From a virus (Duplodnaviria; Caudoviricetes), in the IMG/VR virus record IMGVR_UViG_3300050132_000191, positions 1 through 57,665 of that record: DNA of 57,665 bases. The stretch is one strand, 5' to 3'. The position numbers were made by a program, and so were the translations under genes. The notes below the pieces were generated by a model. That model was not told where the DNA came from. It searched no databases and was given only the letters and a program-made list of their open reading frames with translations. Below are positions 1 to 8,332 of this stretch, one piece after another; within the stretch, counting starts at the first letter, position 1, and each line of letters begins with the position of its first letter.

Positions 1-158
1 AGCCTGCGCCGGCCTATGCACCCCCGCCCGCCCCGGTGCCGCAACCCGCAGCTCCAGGGGCACCCGCAACGCCGCCCTGGATGAACGCCCCCGCCCCCGG
101 TGCCGCAGGAGCGCCCCCGCCCTGGGCTACAGCAGCGCCAGCAGCGCCAGCAGCCTGA
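1..158 (+). CDS. 3' end of DUF669-like ssDNA-binding protein (continues from 57170 across the window junction)
   Basis: Frame from nt 3 reads PAPAYAPPPAPVPQPAAPGAPATPPWMNAPAPGAAGAPPPWATAAPAAPAA* (TGA 156-158); same Pro/Ala/Trp composition and phase as the open ORF at the window end. Confidence 0.8.
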   Translation, partial: PAPAYAPPPAPVPQPAAPGAPATPPWMNAPAPGAAGAPPPWATAAPAAPAA

Positions 159-175
159 GCAAATTGATGCAAGCC

Positions 176-206
176 TAAAGGACGCACAGGATGCGTCCTT
201 TATTTT
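176..206 (+). terminator. Rho-independent terminator
   Basis: TAAAGGACGCA-cagga-TGCGTCCTTTA perfect stem followed by TTTT, just after the SSB-like stop. Confidence 0.7.
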
Positions 207-217
207 AGGATTACACT

Positions 218-406
218 ATGGATGACGCGGATAGAGCTCAATCGGATATTGACAAGCTCGGTAAATCGGACGTTGATAGGGTTCGTACGCGGGCATCGCT
301 AATTCCAAATGGTGAGCCAGGAGAATGCGATTATTGCGGCGAGCAGAGCTTGCGGCTAGTCTGCGGGAACTGCGCTCGGTGCAGAGATAAATATAAGCTA
401 CCTTGA
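218..406 (+). CDS. DksA/TraR-type C4 zinc-finger protein
   Basis: N-terminal MDDADRAQ (DxxDxA) and CDYC...CARC; SD-like AGGA upstream. Confidence 0.7.
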   Translation: MDDADRAQSDIDKLGKSDVDRVRTRASLIPNGEPGECDYCGEQSLRLVCGNCARCRDKYKLP

Positions 407-415
407 AAGAAGAAA

Positions 416-1348
416 ATGGCTCAAATTCGAAAAGCTACGCTGACGCTCAAAGCAATTGATGACGCGATTGCAGCGGATCAGGGTGGAGCATGGCGTCAGC
501 ACCTTCAAAAAGTGTTGCCCGCTATGGGAGACGCTTATCGGGGCAAGGAAGACAACCCCTTCAGAACTCACTTGGGCGCCAGCGTTATTGGCGGCGGATG
601 TGCTCGCGCCATTTGGTACGGATTCCACTGGGCGACACGCCCAACATTCAGCGGGCGCATTCTTCGGCTTTTTAATCGCGGTCACCTTGAAGAAGCAAGG
701 GTGATTTCCGCGCTGCTCACAATCGGTGTCCAAATATTCCAGCAAGACGAAAATGGAAATCAGTTTCGCATCAGCGATGTCGGCGGTCACTTTGGTGGCA
801 GCGGCGATGGCGTAGCTGTGGGAATCCCGGATTTGCCACAGGGTATGCCCTGCCTGCTTGAGTTCAAGACGCACAATGATGCATCATTCAAGAAGTTGCA
901 GAAAGTAGGCGTCCGTGAAGCAAAGTTCGAACACTTTGTCCAGATGCAGGTTTACATGAGAAAAATGGGTTTGACGGTTGCGCTGTACGGGTCAGTGAAC
1001 AAGAATGATGACGACTATTACATGGAAATCATTGAACTGGACACGTCGGTTGGCGATCAGTTTATTGACCGGGGACGTCAAATTATTTTGATGAATCAAG
1101 CCCCAGCAAAGATCAGCGAGTCGCCCGGCTGGTTTGATTGCAAGTGGTGCGATCACAAGCCTGTCTGCCATTTGAAAGTGGCTCCCGAACGCAACTGCCG
1201 GACTTGCAAACATAGCGAAGCGAATGAGGATGGGAATTGGTATTGTAACGTCCCGTCTATGCCAGACGACGGAGGGCTGTCAAGAGTGGATGCCCCGCTC
1301 ACCAAAGAAGAACAGTTTGCAGCGTGCCCGGAATACGCACAGTTCTGA
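416..1348 (+). CDS. Cas4-like PD-(D/E)xK exonuclease
   Basis: ASVIGGGCAR, DG...EFKT, QMQVY, C-terminal CKWCDHKPVC cysteine cluster plus an extra CxxC..C..C. Confidence 0.8.
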   Translation: MAQIRKATLTLKAIDDAIAADQGGAWRQHLQKVLPAMGDAYRGKEDNPFRTHLGASVIGGGCARAIWYGFHWATRPTFSGRILRLFNRGHLEEARVISALLTIGVQIFQQDENGNQFRISDVGGHFGGSGDGVAVGIPDLPQGMPCLLEFKTHNDASFKKLQKVGVREAKFEHFVQMQVYMRKMGLTVALYGSVNKNDDDYYMEIIELDTSVGDQFIDRGRQIILMNQAPAKISESPGWFDCKWCDHKPVCHLKVAPERNCRTCKHSEANEDGNWYCNVPSMPDDGGLSRVDAPLTKEEQFAACPEYAQF

Positions 1349-1350
1349 AC

Positions 1351-3066
1351 ATGAAAATCGAGCCCAGATCCTACCAAATAGAAGCGGTTCGAAGTGTATG
1401 GGACTACTTTCTGGTCAAGCAAGGGAACCCGGTTCTTGCGCTCCCCACCGGCTCGGGCAAATCCATTATTCTGGCGATGTTGCTGGAGTTGATATATTCT
1501 CAGTACCCAAACCAGCGGGTGATGGTTCTAACGCACGCCAAAGAATTGCTAGTACAGGACATGGACAAACTGCTTACAGTGTGGCCATCTGCGCCCGCGG
1601 GGCTCTACAGTGCGGGGCTCAACAAGAAAGAATCCCACAAGAAAATCACATTCGCTGGGGTTGGTTCTGTAGCGAAGAAAGCGGATCTCTTTGGCCACAT
1701 TGACATGGTGTTCATTGACGAAGCGCACCTTGTGAGCCCTAGCGAGGAAACCCTATACCAGAAGTTCCTTGGCGCATTAAAGAAGCGCAACCCCCTCCTG
1801 AAGATTGTGGGGTTAACCGCAACCCCATGGCGCCTCGGAACCGGAAAGATAACGGAGGACGGAATTTTCACGGATGTCTGCTTTGATATAACTGGGATGG
1901 AAGCGTTCAACCGTTTGATCGCGGAAGGGTACATGGCCCCGCTCATCCCGCGCCAGCCAGTGCAGCTCCTGGACACCACGGGCGTCCACTTGCGGGGAGG
2001 GGAGTTCATTGCGTCGGAACTTCAGAGTGCAGTCAATAAACAAGATATCACTTACGCGGCACTGAAAGAGGCGCTGGAGCTTGCACACGACCGGGAGCAT
2101 TGGCTTGTCTTTGCGTCGGGTGTTGAGCACGCTTGCAACATTGCGGATATGCTGAACGACATGGGTGTCAGCGCCATAGCTATCCACAGTAAGATGGGTG
2201 ATGCGGCGCGGGATATTGCAATCGCCGATTTCAAGGCAGGGAAATACCGCGTTGCTGTCAACAATAACATCCTAACGACTGGGATAGACTTCCCTGCAAT
2301 TGATTGCATTGTTATGCTCCGTCCTACCGCTTCAACTGTTCTCTGGATTCAAATGATCGGGCGAGGTACACGGCCATTTCCAGGAAAATTAAATTGCCTC
2401 GTCCTCGACTTCGCTGGGAACACCCGCAGGCTCGGGCCGATCAATGACCCTGTAATCCCGCGTAAGAAGGGCGAAGGTAGCGGGGAAGCTCCTGTCAAGC
2501 TCTGTGACGCTTGCTCAACCTACAACCACGCGAGCGCCCGAGTCTGTTGCTGCTGTGGCGCCGAGTTCAGCTTCAAGGTAAAGATTCAGCAGACCGCTGG
2601 GAGCCTTGCACTGCTCCGCGGGGACGCGCCCGTGGAAACAGTGTTTACAGTTGACCATATTACCTATTCTCGTCATGAAAAGCTCGGGCGTCCGCCAATG
2701 GTCAAGGTGACCTACTATTGCGGGCTCCGTAGCTTTTCCGAGTACGTCTGCATTGAACATGAAGGTTTCGCGCAGCGTAAGGCAAGGCAATGGTGGCGTG
2801 AGCGCAGCTCGTTTAATTCAAATGATAAAGGTTCCCCGTTTCCAATCAGCACTGATGCAGCGTTAGAACAAAGTTCAGCATTATTCACAGCAACTCACCT
2901 TCGAGTGTGGGTGAATAAGCAGTATCCGGAAATCCTTGCACACTGCTTTGACGGAACTGCTTTCGGGAAGCAAGTGGAGCCTGCATCAGCGCCTTCAACT
3001 AATACATACAGCAAGCCCGCGTACCAGTACGGGCCCCACGCCCAACCGGCGGACATACCGTTCTGA
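1351..3066 (+). CDS. SF2 DEAH-box helicase with zinc ribbon
   Basis: PTGSGKS Walker A, DEAH, TAT, QMIGRGTR, CDAC/CCCC; start taken at ATG 1351 (MKIEPRSYQ); ends ADIPF. Confidence 0.9.
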   Translation: MKIEPRSYQIEAVRSVWDYFLVKQGNPVLALPTGSGKSIILAMLLELIYSQYPNQRVMVLTHAKELLVQDMDKLLTVWPSAPAGLYSAGLNKKESHKKITFAGVGSVAKKADLFGHIDMVFIDEAHLVSPSEETLYQKFLGALKKRNPLLKIVGLTATPWRLGTGKITEDGIFTDVCFDITGMEAFNRLIAEGYMAPLIPRQPVQLLDTTGVHLRGGEFIASELQSAVNKQDITYAALKEALELAHDREHWLVFASGVEHACNIADMLNDMGVSAIAIHSKMGDAARDIAIADFKAGKYRVAVNNNILTTGIDFPAIDCIVMLRPTASTVLWIQMIGRGTRPFPGKLNCLVLDFAGNTRRLGPINDPVIPRKKGEGSGEAPVKLCDACSTYNHASARVCCCCGAEFSFKVKIQQTAGSLALLRGDAPVETVFTVDHITYSRHEKLGRPPMVKVTYYCGLRSFSEYVCIEHEGFAQRKARQWWRERSSFNSNDKGSPFPISTDAALEQSSALFTATHLRVWVNKQYPEILAHCFDGTAFGKQVEPASAPSTNTYSKPAYQYGPHAQPADIPF

Positions 3067-3104
3067 CGTCTTTACACAATCTTTACAATTCTTTTGACAG
3101 AAAG

Positions 3105-3134
3105 TTGGGAAAGATCTGAAATGAGCACTATACT
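3105..3134 (+). promoter_or_regulatory. Putative sigma70-type promoter
   Basis: TTGGGA-18-TATACT, preceded by a TTTACA direct repeat (3071-3091). Confidence 0.4.
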
Positions 3135-3199
3135 TTGACCCCATGCACATAAACGAAGGTGCAAAGAAGTTAACCCTCAACCAGCGTAAAGGATTCAAA

Positions 3200-3913
3200 A
3201 TGGCAATCGTAACCATACAATTCGCCCTCATGGGCAAAGAAGAACTCCGCGCCGCTTGCCGAGCTGCGGGCATCAGCTACAACAAGTTGAACAATGACGG
3301 GATGCGTGCTGCGCTTATTGCTGCGGAAATTGCCGATGCAGCTGAAAACGAAAGCTTCACACCCTGCGGGCAAGTTCTTCCAAGAGAAAAACTGCGCGGT
3401 ACTTCCCCTCCCTCAGTGGTTGTTGACGAAAAAGCTCTGCTCAAAGAAGGTATGCGGGAAAACACTGAGGCTGACGCAGAAGACGAAGCTGACTCCGCTG
3501 TCAGCGCCAACGTATTTGGTTCGATGTTTGGTGCGCCAGTTCGCCCTGCTGCGGAGTGTGGCCAGCTTCGTAAAGTAGTTGATGGCAAAGTGTCCAGCGG
3601 TGAAACGAAAACCGTCAAAGTTGTTACGCCCCGGGCACCAGTAGCCGCAAAGGTTCCCGCCCCAGTGCTAGCCAAGGTGATCCGCAAGGGCTACAAAATT
3701 CAAAAGGACCGGGAAGAACGCAACGGTGTCAAGAAACCGTCGGAAGGTGGCCTTTGCTATGCTGTCTGGGATAAGCTGGATAAAAGTCTCAACGTGAAGG
3801 CTAGCGACTTGCAAGCGATTGCTGATGCTAATGGTTGGAACCGCACCAACGTCCTCTGCGAGTTCTACAATTGGCGCCGGTTCAACGGTATCACTGGTCG
3901 TTCTGCAAAATGA
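3200..3913 (+). CDS. Hypothetical protein, C-terminal domain paralogous to 5122..5700
   Basis: SD AAAGGA before ATG 3200; C-terminus ERNGVKKP..G.C..VW....N..NV..EF..WRRFNGITGR. Confidence 0.75.
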   Translation: MAIVTIQFALMGKEELRAACRAAGISYNKLNNDGMRAALIAAEIADAAENESFTPCGQVLPREKLRGTSPPSVVVDEKALLKEGMRENTEADAEDEADSAVSANVFGSMFGAPVRPAAECGQLRKVVDGKVSSGETKTVKVVTPRAPVAAKVPAPVLAKVIRKGYKIQKDREERNGVKKPSEGGLCYAVWDKLDKSLNVKASDLQAIADANGWNRTNVLCEFYNWRRFNGITGRSAK

Positions 3914-4080
3914 GAATTCTGCTGCTTCTAGTTGCTCTGTGCGGATGCACGGGGCAACCAGAAAACTGTAAAGTAACCGGGGAGCAGGGTGAACAGATTG
4001 CGGGGCGTGCATACGCGCCACCCCGCACTATTTATTCCTGTGATGGGAAAATTGTTTACAAACCAAAGGAAATAAAATGA
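3910..4080 (+). CDS. Small lipoprotein
   Basis: ATGA overlap; MRILLLLVALCG-C lipobox-like sequence, two further Cys. Confidence 0.6.
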   Translation: MRILLLLVALCGCTGQPENCKVTGEQGEQIAGRAYAPPRTIYSCDGKIVYKPKEIK

Positions 4081-4469
4081 AAACTACTTTTAATAAAATC
4101 CGCACCTGTCCACCTTGTGAGTCGGGCTGGAAAAAACTACTCGCCCATTTGGGCAAGACTAAGGCTGATGACGAATCCGTGTCAATCCTCACTATCCTCG
4201 ACAGCAACGGTCTGGATGGCGCGCTCTGGTGTCTGCAAGCTGTCAAAGGCCGGGACCGTGAGATTAGACTGTTTGGCGTCTGGTGCGCTCGACAAGTACA
4301 GCACCTGATGACAGACCGACGCAGTCTTGATGCTCTAGATGTGGTTGAGCGGTTCGCTAATGGTGAGGCCGATCAAACAGAGTGGGATGCGGCAAGGGAT
4401 GCGGCAAGGGCTGCGGCAAGGGATGCCCAAGAAAAACGCTTGCGCGAACTCTGTGCGGAATGTGAGTGA
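4077..4469 (+). CDS. Phage hypothetical protein with AARD repeats
   Basis: SD AAGGA; PCxxGW motif; 12-nt tandem repeats encode DAARDAARAAARDA. Confidence 0.75.
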   Translation: MKTTFNKIRTCPPCESGWKKLLAHLGKTKADDESVSILTILDSNGLDGALWCLQAVKGRDREIRLFGVWCARQVQHLMTDRRSLDALDVVERFANGEADQTEWDAARDAARAAARDAQEKRLRELCAECE

Positions 4470-4473
4470 TAAA

Positions 4474-5019
4474 ATGTACGTCCTAATTGACCGCGAGAAC
4501 ATGGTGTTCCGCCATAAGCACCCCGAGCACGCGGTAGTGAGCGACCTTGCAACAATTGAAGTGGCGCACTGTGCAGTCACTATCCTTCCAATTTTGGATA
4601 ATGGGATTGGGTTCTTCGACTTCACGGACTTGGAACTCAAGCTCCTCTACCAGAATACCACCGGGCTCAAATTTACGGGATTTTCACGCTTACACTTGCT
4701 CGAGCTTACGCTTGCCACTGCAAGGTGCCTTCCCGTATCCGATGTCAAGCCCTTGGAAGTACGCCAGCAAGCAATGAAGATCAAGTTCGAGGACTCAGGG
4801 TTCTATCGTTACACTCGCGGCGCATATACAGCAAAGCGGCAAGAGGATCTTTTCGAACCTACCGCGCTTGTCGTTCTGCCGCGTGCAATACCAGACGCCG
4901 TTATCGCTGGGCCTGTAGCAGTGCCCAAGGCCACTAACCCGCCCCCGACTGCTCCTGTTTTCACCCAGCCCTTGCCAGTATGGCATCCACTGTATAAAGC
5001 ACAGCGGGCCGGCCTGTAG
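4474..5019 (+). CDS. Hypothetical protein
   Basis: ATG 4474 (MYVLIDREN) right after the previous stop; Pro-rich tail. Confidence 0.65.
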   Translation: MYVLIDRENMVFRHKHPEHAVVSDLATIEVAHCAVTILPILDNGIGFFDFTDLELKLLYQNTTGLKFTGFSRLHLLELTLATARCLPVSDVKPLEVRQQAMKIKFEDSGFYRYTRGAYTAKRQEDLFEPTALVVLPRAIPDAVIAGPVAVPKATNPPPTAPVFTQPLPVWHPLYKAQRAGL

Positions 5020-5053
5020 CGTCTGCCTCTTTCTGACAGAACTGAAAAATTAT

Positions 5054-5082
5054 TTTACAAACCGTTCCAGGTTTGCTATATT
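5054..5082 (+). promoter_or_regulatory. Sigma70-type promoter
   Basis: TTTACA-17-TATATT with TGn extension, in an AT-rich intergenic gap. Confidence 0.65.
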
Positions 5083-5121
5083 ATGAACTTCTTAACTTCC
5101 TTTAGCTACTGAGAGATTGAT

Positions 5122-5700
5122 ATGACACAAAAAACTAATCCCGCTACTCCCGCCACTCCTACCATTCCGGCTGTGGCTCAAACTGCGGAGCAAATTGCTG
5201 CCGCTGCAAAGGCGAAGGCTGACGCTGCTGCTGCGAAAGCTGCCAAGGACGCGAAAGCTGTCGAAGCGAAAGCCAAGAAGGATGCTGATGCTGTTGCCGC
5301 TAAGGCGAAGAAAGATGCCGACGCTGCCGCCAAAGCCGAAAAGAAAGCTGAAGCTGAAAAGGCTGTTGCCGAAAAGAAAGCCAAAGCCGAAGCCGACAAG
5401 AAAGCCAAAGCCGAAGCTGCCGCAGCCGAAAAAGCTGCCAAAGCTGCCATCAAGCAACCAGAGCAGAACGGCGTCCGCCGTCCGAAACCCGATGGCGCGT
5501 GCGGTAAGGTGTGGGCGCTGGCTGACCAGTTGTCTGCGAACCTTGGCACACCTGTTCCCGCTGCTGACTTGGTTACTGCCGGAACCGCCGCTGGCCTCAA
5601 CCCCAGCAATGTCCGCGCTGAATACGCTTCATGGAAAAAGTTTCATGGTCTGACGGGCCGGCTTGCTTTGCCTGTTGCGAAGGAAGCTGCACCCGCGTAA
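5122..5700 (+). CDS. Ala/Lys-rich (histone H1-like composition) protein with C-terminal domain paralogous to 3200..3913
   Basis: Long AK/E low-complexity helix followed by EQNGVRRP..G.CGKVW...N.SNV..EY..WKKFHGLTGR; own promoter and terminator. Confidence 0.85.
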   Translation: MTQKTNPATPATPTIPAVAQTAEQIAAAAKAKADAAAAKAAKDAKAVEAKAKKDADAVAAKAKKDADAAAKAEKKAEAEKAVAEKKAKAEADKKAKAEAAAAEKAAKAAIKQPEQNGVRRPKPDGACGKVWALADQLSANLGTPVPAADLVTAGTAAGLNPSNVRAEYASWKKFHGLTGRLALPVAKEAAPA

Positions 5701-5720
5701 ATTGTCTTTCTCCCGCTAAC

Positions 5721-5750
5721 GGAGCCGCTTACCTTAGCGGCTCCTTTTTT
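5721..5750 (+). terminator. Rho-independent terminator
   Basis: GGAGCCGCT-tacctt-AGCGGCTCC followed by T6. Confidence 0.85.
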
Positions 5751-5757
5751 GAAAAAT

Positions 5758-6492
5758 ATGGTTATGAATACTCAACCCATTGAAAAACGTATTGACTCGG
5801 GCTCCGATCAACTGGAAGTCCATTCCATCTTTCGCACCATACAAGGCGAGGGGCCATTCACCGGGCGCCCCGCAATCTTCATTCGGCTCGCAGGTTGCAA
5901 TTTGCAATGTCCGGGATGCGACACAGAATACACGAGCAACCGCCGCCGCCTGTCCGTCTCCCGCATCCTTACAGAGCTCGTTTCGTTCATGCAGCTTGAA
6001 TATGGAATAGAACTAATAGTCATCACTGGCGGGGAGCCGTTCCGCCAAGATATTTATCCTCTCGTATTGGGGTTGATACACTTAGGATTCACAGTACAGG
6101 TTGAAACAAACGGCACACTCCCCCCATCAGTGAATTTCCATAGGTTGTGCTCAAAAGATTTCAGCGAACTGCTCAAGTGCTTTATCGTATGCAGCCCAAA
6201 GACAGGAAGCGTGAACAAACTATTGCTCCCGCTGGTCTGTGCCTACAAGTATGTCATGACAGCCGGGCAAGTTGACGCCGAAGACGGGTTGCCTACACTC
6301 GCGCTTGGGCACAGTGCTGCTCCGCGTGTTGCACGCCCGCACGCTGGGTTCAATGGCCCTATTTATGTGCAGCCCTATGACAGCGGAGCTCTGTTTCCCA
6401 ATTCGGAAAATTTAATTGCGTGCATCAGGTCAGTGATGAAGCATAACTATACGCTCCAACTTCAAGTCCATAAAATTATCGGATTGGAATAA
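5758..6492 (+). CDS. queE: 7-carboxy-7-deazaguanine synthase (radical SAM); start 5758 or 5764
   Basis: IFRTIQGEG, FIRLAGCNLQCPGCDT (CxxxCxxC), VITGGEP, ETNG, QLQVHK. Confidence 0.92.
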   Translation: MVMNTQPIEKRIDSGSDQLEVHSIFRTIQGEGPFTGRPAIFIRLAGCNLQCPGCDTEYTSNRRRLSVSRILTELVSFMQLEYGIELIVITGGEPFRQDIYPLVLGLIHLGFTVQVETNGTLPPSVNFHRLCSKDFSELLKCFIVCSPKTGSVNKLLLPLVCAYKYVMTAGQVDAEDGLPTLALGHSAAPRVARPHAGFNGPIYVQPYDSGALFPNSENLIACIRSVMKHNYTLQLQVHKIIGLE

Positions 6493-6494
6493 TC

Positions 6495-7880
6495 ATGTGC
6501 TCAATCCTTGGTGCAGTGCTCCACGATGTGGACAACAATACGAAACGCCGGCAGGTGAATGCTATCCTTGACTATATCTGGACCACCAGCCAGGAACGAG
6601 GGCGTGATGGGCGCGGGTATGTGAGTTTTGACAGCTTCGGCCATAGCGGGGACTTCGTTTTCCATAGCGAGGAGCGTCGGGACCCGACACGCTGTTCTTC
6701 GGTGGATCTTAACGCGCCTATGGTAATGGGTTTATGCCCACGGATGACAGTGGTCGGGAATATGCGGGCGGAGCCGACTACCGAATATGTTTCCGTCAAA
6801 CGGAGAAGCGATCAGCAACCGTACACCTGCGGGGGCTGGTCAATTGTGCATAACGGAACAATCGCCAACGACAAGGAACTCCGAACTCATGCTCTTCCCA
6901 CTAGCATTGACAGCGCATCAATCGCCGAACTGCTGGCCCCTATGCGACCCACGTTGGACAACTTTGCGGGAGTGATCCGCAAGCTGAAGGGAAGTTTCGC
7001 AATTCTTGCGACTCACGAAAACTGCCAGACATCAATCTTCGTTGCCGCGAATTACCGCCCAATTTGGTACATTGAAACGGAGTTCGGATATTTCTTCGCA
7101 AGCGCCAGGAACTACCTGCCCATCGCTTGGGCGCCGCGAATGCTTACGCCATACACTGTTGCAGAGTTTGGCGAGTGCGTGCGATCGTTCCCCCTATACA
7201 AGTCGGAGCAAAGTGACACAGCCCTTGTCGTATGCAGCGGGGGCCTGGACAGTGTGGTCAGTGCTGCCTACGCTCAGAAGAAACTTGGTTATAAGTTACA
7301 CCTCATTCACTTCCTGTACGGGAGCCGAGCGGAAGGCCCCGAGGTCATAGCTGTGCGAGCTGTGGCGCGGGCGCTTGGGGCCGAGATCACTTTGTTCCCA
7401 TTACCAGTGTACCAGAAAGGGGATTCGCCGCTGCTGGACCCCGATAGCAAAGTGGCTGGCGGGGAAGCAGGCGCCGAATTTGCTCATGAATGGGTGCCAG
7501 CTCGAAACTTGCTTCTTCTTAGCGTTGCAACTGCATTCGCGGAAGCTCGCGGCATCAGCGTGATCGTGTTGGGGAACAACCTCGAAGAGGCTGGCGCGTA
7601 CCCTGATAATGAACCCGAATTCATTGCGAAATTTAATGACTTGCTTCCCTTTGCAGTTGGTGACGGAAAGCGAATGAAAGTTATAATGCCTGTAGGCAAT
7701 ATGATGAAACATGAGATCGTCGCACTCGGAAAAGAAGTTGGGGCCCCGATGGAGCTGACATGGAGCTGCTATCGGGCTGGCGAGTTGCATTGTGGAAAAT
7801 GCGGCCCTTGTTTTATGAGACGCCGCGCTTTTGAAATTAACGGGTTTCCTGAAGTTATTCAATACAAGGATCAACAATGA
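6495..7880 (+). CDS. queC: Class II glutamine amidotransferase-QueC fusion (Gat-QueC)
   Basis: N-terminal MCSILG (Ntn Cys), RGRD, VHNGTI, IDS; C-terminal SGGLDS, VPARN, YPD, SCY..CGKCGPC. Confidence 0.92.
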   Translation: MCSILGAVLHDVDNNTKRRQVNAILDYIWTTSQERGRDGRGYVSFDSFGHSGDFVFHSEERRDPTRCSSVDLNAPMVMGLCPRMTVVGNMRAEPTTEYVSVKRRSDQQPYTCGGWSIVHNGTIANDKELRTHALPTSIDSASIAELLAPMRPTLDNFAGVIRKLKGSFAILATHENCQTSIFVAANYRPIWYIETEFGYFFASARNYLPIAWAPRMLTPYTVAEFGECVRSFPLYKSEQSDTALVVCSGGLDSVVSAAYAQKKLGYKLHLIHFLYGSRAEGPEVIAVRAVARALGAEITLFPLPVYQKGDSPLLDPDSKVAGGEAGAEFAHEWVPARNLLLLSVATAFAEARGISVIVLGNNLEEAGAYPDNEPEFIAKFNDLLPFAVGDGKRMKVIMPVGNMMKHEIVALGKEVGAPMELTWSCYRAGELHCGKCGPCFMRRRAFEINGFPEVIQYKDQQ

Positions 7881-8332
7881 CATTCAAATCAACGAAAACT
7901 TATGGGGCGAATATAGGCCTCAGCGCCTGCTTCCGTCAATGGAAAGCTGAAAGCCACTGCAAGCTGTTGCACGGGTATGCCCTTGAAATCAGTTTTGAAT
8001 TTGAGACTGAAGAGCTAGACATCCGAAATTGGTGCGTCGACTTTGGCAGCATGAAGTCCCTGAAGGCGATGCTCGAGAACACGTTTGACCACACGCTGCT
8101 CGTCGCCGTGGATGACCCGCATCTTGAAACTCTTCTTCTTCTTGGCAAGCTCGGCATCGCTCGCGTGGTGGTGGTGCAGGCCACGGGCTGCGAAAAGTTC
8201 GCGGAGCTTATTTATGAATGCGCCGAACAGTGGCTCAAGGACAACGGCTACGCCCCGCGCTGCAAACTTGCGAAAGTTGAAGTTCGGGAGCACGCGGGCA
8301 ACTCAGCAATTTACACGAGGACAGCGGTATGA
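7877..8332 (+). CDS. queD: 6-carboxytetrahydropterin synthase
   Basis: SHCKLLHGY, VDFG, FDHT, VEVRE; position within the que cluster. Confidence 0.9.
   Translation: MTFKSTKTYGANIGLSACFRQWKAESHCKLLHGYALEISFEFETEELDIRNWCVDFGSMKSLKAMLENTFDHTLLVAVDDPHLETLLLLGKLGIARVVVVQATGCEKFAELIYECAEQWLKDNGYAPRCKLAKVEVREHAGNSAIYTRTAV

Noticed and set aside
416-1348. Cas4-like gene as evidence of a CRISPR-Cas system
   Set aside because: No repeat-spacer array or other cas genes seen; context (Sak4-like, SSB, helicase) fits a stand-alone phage recombination nuclease
4380-4430. ARDA repeats, and AKDA/KKDA in 5122..5700, as further protease sites
   Set aside because: They lie in low-complexity Ala-rich repeats of early-arm genes with no HxH leader; chance matches are likely
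5092-5653. Alternative-frame and antisense ORFs over the Ala/Lys-rich gene
   Set aside because: By-products of repetitive GCN/AAR codons
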